Source of the DNA: the human T2T-CHM13v2.0 reference genome, Homo sapiens
Reading direction: 5' to 3' (one strand)
NCBI RefSeq assembly: GCF_009914755.1
Contig: NC_060929.1
Length of the DNA: 64,000 nucleotides
In this document: one piece after another, positions 51,326 through 64,000 of the stretch
Layout of the letters: every line of letters starts with the position of its first letter
Numbering within the stretch: the first letter of the stretch is position 1
Notes under the pieces: model-generated
Seen by the model: the letters and a program-made list of their open reading frames with translations, nothing else
The model's database searches: none
Told to the model about the DNA's origin: nothing
Translations under genes and position numbers: made by a program

Positions 51326-53367
51326 TAATCTTGCGTTTTTCAGGAACTGGAGAGGAATAGTTTAGGAGTCCACAGAAGGTAGAAAGTGGAGCTGTTGGAA
51401 TTGGGCAGCAAGTTTCTTAAGATAGATCTAGGTCACAGGAGGGGAATGTTCTGGCCAGGCATATTTGACTGGCCACATTATCAGATGCCTTGGTTATGTG
51501 CGGATTCTACCGTCATTTATTTCAGCCCTAGATGGTGCTAAAGTAGAGAGAGACAGATTTTTCTTAAACTATTGCCTTTAAAAATCATTTATTTTTATCC
51601 CCATTTTTTTTGTTTATATCCAAAGGGTTTTCAACAAGCTGCCCCTTTCCCAACACCCCAGCCCCTCAACGAAAACATAATAGAGACACATCATTTAATT
51701 TCTCAGCCCTTTCATGATCTCTTAGACTAATCTTAGTTTTCATAAATTAAAGGCCTACTTGGCTAAGTTCATTTACTTTTTTTTTCTCCTACTTTTCTTG
51801 ATCTCTGGACCCAGGAATCCCAGATGATACAAAACCCTTTGTTTCATACCTGCCCTGCCATAGAATGATCTAGACCTTTAAGAGGACTAGAATCAGCCCT
51901 CTTTTTCTGGGCTTTCTGGGGCCAGGAATGACTAGGATTGATCTGCTTTCTCAAGCTTTGCCCCGGGCCTAACCAGGTCAGCCTGGGACCAGCCCGTGGG
52001 GTTTGACTATACCTGGAACAGATGGTTAATCTATTGGCTTGCTATAATGTAATTTCCATTTGGCTGGCAGTAGGGAAAGGAAGGTACTTCCTGTAAGCTA
52101 CACACTGATTTTCATCCAGGTGTTCACACATACCGGGTTTTATGAAAGAGAGCTTGACCCTCGCATTCCTGATTAGCATTTTGTTAGTGTGAAAGTAAGG
52201 TATAGACACAGAGACAGGTATAATCACAAAATGGTTGGAGTCTTTTATTGTGTCCTTTTCTTAGAGCAAATTTAATAGAGGAGTTTGATTAGCACCTAAG
52301 ACTTGCTTAAAACTGAGTTACTAATTCTTTTTCCATTAATAATTGCTACCTCTACCCTCCTTCTCCCACGTTTCTCAGAAACCCAGACATCCCTGAGGCC
52401 ATTTAAAGTCCTGTTTATGCCGTAGAATACAATGACGTACAAAAGGACATTCACTCCCTGCATGTTGGCTTCCCTTATATGAACATAATATGTGGCCAAA
52501 TAATATGTTGCCATATATAAAAATGTGTGGTTCTCTCATTTCTAGGATTTTCATGTGTTATCTTGGCTTTTCATCTGAAAGTTTTCTCTTGTCCATTTGT
52601 ATCTTGGTATTTTCTTTTTCAATTAAAATATTAATTTCTAAGAAGCAAACAAATCTATGTCTTAGTTTATGTATACTAATTCAAGTTTTGTTTTTTACTC
52701 CAGATGTGTTGATAGAGGTTAATATAAGAAATGTTTGTGTTGGCATAATGCAAAGGTTATTTTTGATTCTGAACCCATAGCAGTTTCTAACCGGTGTTCG
52801 TCAGTTTGTGCTTGCTTTTATCCTTGAGGTTAAGGATTGCTCACCAAGCCTTTGATTACTAGGTACATTGCAGAATAAATAAAATGGTTGCTAGTGTATA
52901 CTCTGTATTAATCTGTCCACAGCAGCATTGTCAGTGATCTCAAGGTTCTCTGTAGACATTAGTATTGGGTTATGGCATGCTAAAATAGAGATAATTGAGA
53001 CTATAAAGTTCCAAGTTGAAGTTATCAATAACAACCCTAAAACTATCTTCCTTTTCTTTCCTTCTAAAATAAGACATATGGTAATCTGTGATCAGATGTA
53101 AACATGTACATCCTGAAATGTAATTATAAGGTCAGCTGGCCTGAGCTAGAATTCTATTAATATGAAAGTAGATGATATACCTACCCATTCTAACCCATTC
53201 ATTCAAAATACCTTGAAATACTTACTGACATTATAGAAATTTAGCCCTTCACTCTGCTGATGTTTATAGTTAAGTGTCAGAAATACTTTTATACAGAAGA
53301 CCTTGTATGGTTCCTTTGTGTGAGTGGACAGAATTTGTGGAGCAAAGACCTGGAATCCAGCATATGA

Positions 53368-53956
<589 letters not shown>

Positions 53957-53989
53957 TGCAATTATGTTTTTAAAACTTAAAGCAAAACA

Positions 53990-56130
<2,141 letters not shown>

Positions 56131-56224
56131 GGCTGGCGATCACCCTGCTCAGGTTCAGACCTTAGTTCTGTTTCACCATCTGTGGCCAGTGACTCCAATG
56201 TTAGTTTAGTTCTCCTAGCCTTTG

Positions 56225-56729
56225 TATGGTAGGCAGAATAATGGTCTCCAAAGATGTCCATTTCCTAATCCCTGAAGCCTTGGTAATATTTTAGGTTACA
56301 TAATGAAGAGGAGTTAGGTTGCAATTAGAGTTGCGGTTGCTAATCAGCTGACCTTAAAATAAAGAGGTTATCCTGGATTATCTAGTTAGGCCCAGTGTAG
56401 TCATAAGGTTTTTAAAAGTGAGAAAGTGAGGCAGAAGAGTCAGTATCAGAGTGACAAAGTGTGAGAAAGATTCAGCCTGCACTTGTGGCTTTGATGATGG
56501 GAGGGGGGCCCAAGCTAAGGAATGTAAGCAGTTTCTAGAAGCTGAAAAACAGAAAGAAACGGATTCTCTCCAGAACTTCCAGAAGGAATACAGCACTGTT
56601 GCTATCTTGATTTTAGCCCAGTGAGACCCATTGTAGACTTCTGACCTCCAGAATCTTAAGATAATTTGTGTTGTTTTAAGCCGTCAAGCTTGAGGTTAAT
56701 TTGTTATAGCAGCAATAGAAACTAATAGA
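56225..56729 (+). mobile_element. MLT1D-like MaLR LTR
   Basis: tggtaggcagaataatgg...gctaatcagctgacctt...ttatcctggattatc...gcagcaatagaaactaataga. Confidence 0.85.
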
Positions 56730-57396
56730 CTTTGCTATATTGGTTTGAGTCTGTTCTGCACATATGTAGCTCAGTGATTATTCTGTAACTTTTGCAGGTT
56801 CATGCACAGATTTAAGGGATCCTCTTTTCTGATTCTCTCCCCTCTGGGATTTCCCCCATGCTGTATAGCCTACAGGGTCTACTTCTGGTTTCTCTGGATA
56901 GAAATATGGGACTCATTGGAATTTTACCTGTTGGCATTTCCACACCACTCTGTGACCAAAGCCTGCCTTCAGGGCAAAGTAGAGAAAGGAAATGGAACAA
57001 TATTAAAACAGAAACTCACCCCTGTGTGTTTTGCTTCAGCAAGTTTTTGACCCTATAACCTATTATAAAGTGAAATGAAAATGTGGACACCTGTGAAGCG
57101 GTCCGAGTGCAAAATTTGTCTAGACTTTCAATTTTTTTCCCCAGTCTTTTAGAGTTGTCTCCTACCTAATTCAACAACAATTTTAGTGGCTTGCCTTTTT
57201 GAGTTTTTCCAGTGATTTCAGCTGATCTTCTCAGAATTGCTTTCTTCATCTATTTTGCAAGTTAATTGAATTACCTAATAGCTATACCAAGCATAACTCG
57301 AAATGCCACAGCTGAACTTGGGCAAGCTCCTAACTCCACTAAGTACAGAAGTGGAGCCGTACAGCCATGAATGTCAGGCATGTTGTGGGGACTAGT

Positions 57397-58104
<708 letters not shown>

Positions 58105-58733
58105 GTTAATCTTATTTACAGAGGATGTGGAGAGTAATGATTAATATGTTGAGCTGATGAAGTAGACAAGTGGCTGCTGTATGTAGAAGTAATGTTGGAA
58201 CAAATAATACGTCCCAGAATAGTTTCTGTAAGGCTGATTTTACTCTGAAATTTTAATTAATTTATAGTTAATATAACTACCTCTGTATTTTGTTGTAGTC
58301 TTTTGTGGGTAGAGTTGAGGAAGAGATAGGAATGGGATTATTTTGACATGGCTCATGATCACCAAAATGTGATCCTTGGTCAGTTTACCTAAATATCAAT
58401 GTAATTATGTTTATCTAATTTAATAATTTGCTGAAATCTTCCTTATTTTTTACTTTTTATGAAGCTTTTAGCCATTTATATTAGATGGTGATTTTTAAAA
58501 CAACTTTTGAAGACTTAAGTGACATTTTAGTAGATATGATTGATTTAATATGATTTTAGTTTTAGACTTTTAAAATTTGATTTAGCTAAATCCATCCTCT
58601 ATAGCTAATTCTCCATATCTGACCAAAGTTGAGTATCTGAGGATTTTCTAAACTTGGGAAGATCTAAAATTTTTGATTATGAAAATTTCTTGTGCATTTC
58701 AAATTATAAGTCTTATTCATGGCTCTAATGTGA

Positions 58734-59164
<431 letters not shown>

Positions 59165-60478
59165 TAAGTAGAAGAAATGTTTACTGACTAATATATGAAT
59201 CATAATTAAAATTGAACTTCAGTTACGCTAACAAGTCCACTGAAACGTAGCTGGAGTAACTAACTGCAGCAAAACTTGGTTCAATGTAGAAATCTAAAAC
59301 TTAAAGCAACACATGCAATATGAATTGCTTTAAATCTTTAGTTGTTAATTGAAATGCATTTTAGGCAAATTGGTCACATTCTAGGGTGTGGGTTGGCGGG
59401 TTTCATTCTCTACCTTTTCAGCCAGGATACAGTTCTGTGTCCCAACAAGTATAGTGTAGTCAGTGACTTTTCCTTTTATGATGACCATAAATCTCTTCAG
59501 ACTAGTGTTTGTAAGAAGACGGGAAAATAGTAAAATATGTTAGAATTATTTGCACCAAAAACCAAATTTTAAAAATTAGTAGTTTTATCACCTAGGCAGA
59601 AAACTTTTCTATTAGAAATTATACAGTCTCTCATCTCAAATACCATGTTTTACTGTTCTAAGAATCAAATAGTGCTATAGTGAAAAAAAGAGAGTAGATA
59701 GTTTTTTTCTGAAACTATCTACTATACTGTATAACATGAGAAATTTCTCAAAAAATATGTTTTTTTTTTCCATAATCATGTCTGGTCTCTTTTTTGAGAC
59801 CAAGATGAAACCATGTTGCTTGGTCTTCAACCATCAGCTTATCTGTTCTCTAATGATTTTTGTTGTTCTGGTTTGGTCTTAAAGTTTTGAGAATTCATTT
59901 TATTATAAATGTGAAAGTTCATTTAAATATTGTGTTCTTTTTGTTCCTGTAAAGGAAAAAGAATATCTAGAATAAAGTAATAACTTGTACCATGTTGTAG
60001 ACTTGCTTCAGTTGATGAATGCTTCTCCTATTATTTGAAAAGGATTCACCTTTCAAAAACAAAACAAAAAAAAACTGTCTACCATGCAAAAACAAATGAC
60101 TTTCTGAGGTTGCTTAACCATTTCCTGTAAGTATGGGAAAGCGGTTATTTTCAAAATCACCAGACAGAATTTGGGTAGAACTAAACTTAGCTGAGCAGTT
60201 CTGTGGGTTAAACTCACTTATTGTTTCACTTCTATCTTCCTCTAGAGAAGTTAAAATTTAAAAATTAAAAAAAGAAATCTGCTTGGTTCCTGTCATTTTT
60301 ACTAACTAGCTGAGTATCTTTGGACAGAAGCTAATTGTTTTTTTTATAAATGTAATAGGATTAGAGATTCTCTTTAAAAAGCTTACAGTTTTTTAAAATA
60401 GCAATAGCTATTTTTTAAAAAAGCTTCTGGTTTTTAAAAATAGCAAAACAAAGTGTCAGCAGCATGGGCACTGTGCTG

Positions 60479-60754
60479 TACGTTCATCCCTCAGTATCCT
60501 CTGAGGATTGGTTCCAGGATCCCCTCCCCCCTACCAAAATCCACCAATATTCAATCCCTGTATATTTGCATATAACCAGTTTACACGAATCATCCCATTT
60601 ACTTTAAATTATCTTTAGATTACTTACAAAACATAATACAATGTAAATACTATGTAAATTATACTGTATTATATTATTATTTTTGATTTTTTCAATTTTT
60701 TTAAATCTGCCATTCAGTCTATAGATCTGGAACCTGTAGATACAGACTAACTGT
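60479..60754 (+). mobile_element. MER2 (Tigger/TcMar) MITE
   Basis: catccctcagtatcc...ggattggttccagga...tttgcatataacc...tagattactta...ggaacctgtagatacag...actgta. Confidence 0.78.
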
Positions 60755-61164
60755 ATTTGGATAATTTCATAATTTTAATGAGAGAAAGGGGAGAGGGGAA
60801 AGCCTGGTTTACTGCCCATGATGAAGTAGTAATACAGTAAATTTAGTTGAGACATCAGCCAACCTTTTTTGAATACCTACTAAGTACCTGGCTGAGAGAG
60901 TTGTAGAAACCACAGTGTCAATGTGTTTCTACACATTTCTATAATTGTTGGAGTTGTGTTTATCTCTAGAATTTGTGGTACTATCCTAAACCTCCATGCA
61001 ACTCTTTAGTTGTGATGTAGAGGTGGCTCTGTGACCCCCCAGCCTTCTCCAGAGGCTATGTAGACATGAAGCGTTTAGTTGGAACTAGGGACTTGATTTG
61101 ACATTCCTGGACTTATACCCAAAGTCTAAAAGGGTGTTAAAGGGGTATACGTACTGCAGTCAAA

Positions 61165-61490
61165 AAAATGGTGGGTTTGGAACTTGGCTCTGCTACTTAA
61201 TAGCAAGTTCTTAAACCTCTTTGTTTCTCACTTCAGCTGTAAAATGTGAGGATTAAATGTTAACTAATGTGTGTAAAATGCTAATTAATATAGACAGCTG
61301 ATAATTTTTTGAGTACACACTGTGTGCTAGACTGTGTTCTAAATGCTTTTACATATCATTTAATTCGTATAACTCAATGAGATAGATAATATTATTATCC
61401 CCATCTTATAAATGAGCAAACTGAGCTTGGAAAGATGAAGTAACTTGCTTAAGGCTACACAGGAAGTGGCAGAGCAGTCTGGTTCCAGAG
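61165..61490. mobile_element. Two MIR relics, tail to tail
   Basis: ctgtaaaatgtgaggattaaatg (+) and attatccccatcttataaatgagcaaactgag (-). Confidence 0.65.
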
Positions 61491-61537
61491 ATACCCTTTT
61501 TTCTTTTTCTTTTCTTTATTCTTTTTTTTTTTTTTTC

Positions 61538-61635
61538 AGGCTAGTCAAGTGAAGCAATGAGGGTGGAGAAGGAACAAATAAGCCTGTAACTGGTTGTGAT
61601 CCATTAGTTGTAAATACCACTGCACTGGGACCAAC
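61538..61635 (-). pseudogene. Y3 RNA (RNY3) retro-pseudogene with poly(A) tail (61497-61536)
   Basis: Reverse complement GTTGGTCCCAGTGCAGTGGTATTTACAACTAATGGATCACAACCAGTTACAG...CTTCACTTGACTAGCCT matches hY3 over nearly its full length. TSD ttccagagata at 61483 and 61636. Confidence 0.92.
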
Positions 61636-62134
61636 TTCCAGAGATATTCTTAATTACTCTGCTGTGCCGTCTCTTTATTGCTTAGCTGGGTATTAGCATA
61701 TGATTTGCCCTCAGTGAATGTTGGCTTTTATCAACATTGTCAGTGGTGGTAGTGACGATGATGAACTTGGTTTTACTTTTTCAGTGTCTAACCTGGTCCC
61801 GTGCTAGGACCCCAGGCAGAGCTTCCTATGAAGTCACGTACAACAAGGCCTTTGGGCTTAAGAGAAAAAGCTCACAGCTGCACAGAGGGAGGAGTTTTTA
61901 TATAAAGAATACAAAATGTTCTGAATACCAAGTGTTTCATTCTCTCCTTATGTTTCTGAGTTGAAATTTGAAGTAATCATGAGACACTGCATGTGTTCCC
62001 ATTTCAAAGATGCCACAGAATCATAAAACTAGTATGTAGCATATAATTTCAATTTTGTCTTAGGGGATAAATTAGTCTAAGAATAGTATACCAAAACATT
62101 AATTGTGATAATAGTGTAGTGATCAATTTATGAA

Positions 62135-62600
62135 TGAAATGATCCTCTATTACTGCATGGCACATCATAAAACTTAATGGCTTAAGGCAACAACCATTTT
62201 CTTTGCTCATGATTTTTTAGGTCAACAGTTTGGATTATATTCTGCCGGGTGTTTCCTCTGCTGATCTTGCATGAGGTCACTCTTGTAGCAGTCATCATCT
62301 GGCAGCTTGACTTGGAGCCGGATGGTCTAAGATAGTTTCACTCATATCTGCCAGTTGATGATGGCTTTTGACTGGGTTTGGCTTTCCATGTGGTTCCTCG
62401 TCCCCAGGGAGCCTAGCTTAGATTTCTTCTCATGGGGCTCTCCAGTAGTAAAAGATAAATGTTGAAAGCTACAAGGCCTCTTAAAGCCTAGGATTGGACA
62501 TTCCACAGTGTCATTTCTGCTGCATTCCATTGATTAAAGCAAGTTACAAGGCTGGATTCAGTGGCGATAGAAACTTCACCTAATAATTGGAGATTAATAG
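62135..62600 (-). mobile_element. Old MaLR LTR (MLT1H-like)
   Basis: aaaacttaatggcttaaggcaacaaccattt...cacagtgtcatttctgctgcattccattgattaaagcaagttacaagg. Confidence 0.65.
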
Positions 62601-62629
62601 CAAATTCCTTTTTAAAAAAGAATGTTTTG

Positions 62630-63060
62630 TTTATTAATTTTTTAAATTGACACATTATAATTGTACATATTTATGGGGTATAATTCCATGTTTTGATACA
62701 TATCTGTGCTATATAATGATCCAGTAAGGTAGTATATTGATCACCCATGCATTTATCATTTGCTTGCAGTGAGAACATTCAAAAGTTTCTATTCTAGCCA
62801 TTTTGTAATATGCAATATTTTACTGTTAAACACAGTCACCCTGCTGTGCAATAGAACACCAGAATCTCTTCCACTTATCTAATTGTAACTTTTTATCCTT
62901 TGACCAACCTCTCCCCATCTTCTCCCTTGTCCCCTCCCCAGTCTTTGGTAACTACTGTTCTACTCTCTGCTCTTCTATGATTGATATCAACTTTTTTTTT
63001 TTTTTAAGATTCTACATTTGAGTGAGATCATGTGGTATTTGTCTTTCTGTGTCTGACTTT
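62630..63060 (-). mobile_element. L1MA-like 3' end
   Basis: aattgtacatatttatggggta...gtgagaacattcaaa...gagtgagatcatgtggtatttgtctttctgtgtctg. Confidence 0.8.
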
Positions 63061-63821
63061 TAATAGCAGATTGTATCGTGATATCCTTGTCTCCTGATTT
63101 CACTGTCGTGGATCAATTCTAAAACATCCTAATAGCATTGATAGTTTTTTGTTAATTTATTAAGATCTTGGCAGATGAAAACATGATCTGTACATGTTTG
63201 AGAGGTTTATTTCTATTTTTTAATATAAAAATAAAATATAGATAATATAAATACCCAACATACCGACAACTCCACCTCTCAGAAATGACCAGTTAACCTT
63301 CTTATTTTCAGTGTATCCAACTGGATATTTATTTAAATGTTTATAACCTGCTTTTCTCTCTTTATATTTTGAATACTTTTCTATGTTTAAAATAGGTATA
63401 AATAATTTTTTGTCTGCATAATATCTTATTCAGTATGAATATACCTATCCCTTGTTGTTTTAGGTTTTTCTCTTTTTTTGCTATGTAAACTATACTGCTG
63501 TAAACATTCTTATATGTATATCTCTGGCACTTACTCCAAGGAAAAAATCCTACTATGAAGTTACTTGGTCAAATAAGTATTTTGGACTTTTGATATGTAT
63601 TGACGAGGCATGATTTTAAGAATTCTCTGGTTTAAACTTATTAGTGAGTATAATGTTGCAGAGCTGAATTCATTATGTTTGAGATCATGTGAAAGGGAAA
63701 TTTCTGAAAGCTAATTTGAAATAGCAACCATTAAGAAAAATATATTTCTTTAGCATTTCATTTACAAATCAAAATGTATAAACTTAGTTGCTAATATTTT
63801 CTTGTTTTTCTGGTGTTGCAG

Positions 63822-64000
63822 TTTTTTGTTGATACATAATAGTTATACATATTTTTAGAATTGATGTGACATTTTGATACATGCATACAGTGTGTAATGA
63901 TCAAATCAGGGCAGTTGGAATATCCATCACCTCAAACATTTATCTTTTCTTTATGTTGGGAACATTCCAATTCTTCTATCTATTTTGCACTGTACAGTAA
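63822..64000 (-). mobile_element. L1MA-like 3' end (continues past the window)
   Basis: ttttgatacatgcatacagtgtgtaatgatcaaatcaggg...atatccatcacctcaaacatttatc. Confidence 0.8.

Noticed and set aside
57100-57111. 12-nt match ggtccgagtgca to the Y3 RNA 5' end
   Set aside because: Too short, with no continuation, tail or TSD; compatible with chance.

Overview
Human genomic DNA from the chromosome 5q15 M1-aminopeptidase cluster. The window holds the 3' half of ERAP2 (+ strand; nine coding exons, inferred exons 11-19, 381-16485, then a ~2.1 kb 3' UTR). A ~15 kb repeat-rich intergenic gap follows, containing a nested LTR cluster. Next come the LNPEP (IRAP/P-LAP) CpG-island promoter, coding exon 1 (MEPFTN, 35036-35054) and ~29 kb of LNPEP intron 1. 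Intron 1 carries an RPS20 processed pseudogene interrupted by an Alu+L1 insert, a Y3 RNA retrocopy, and MER1, MER2, MER4, MLT1 and L1 relics. Nearly all other ORFs in the supplied track are Alu, L1 or microsatellite artefacts. I found no new multi-gene system. The best leads are: (1) alleles consistent with ERAP2 haplotype B, including a strengthened competing donor after exon 15; (2) two short locally templated insertions, one copied from a palindromic site later split by an Alu; (3) an ERV LTR cluster upstream of a placental gene; (4) a consensus donor in an antisense MLT1D that may be an alternative LNPEP first exon; (5) a ~115-150 bp tandem duplication in the ERAP2 3' UTR. Exon numbers, rs identifiers and repeat subfamily names are from memory and were not checked against databases. 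Repeat boundaries are approximate unless a target-site duplication (TSD) is cited.
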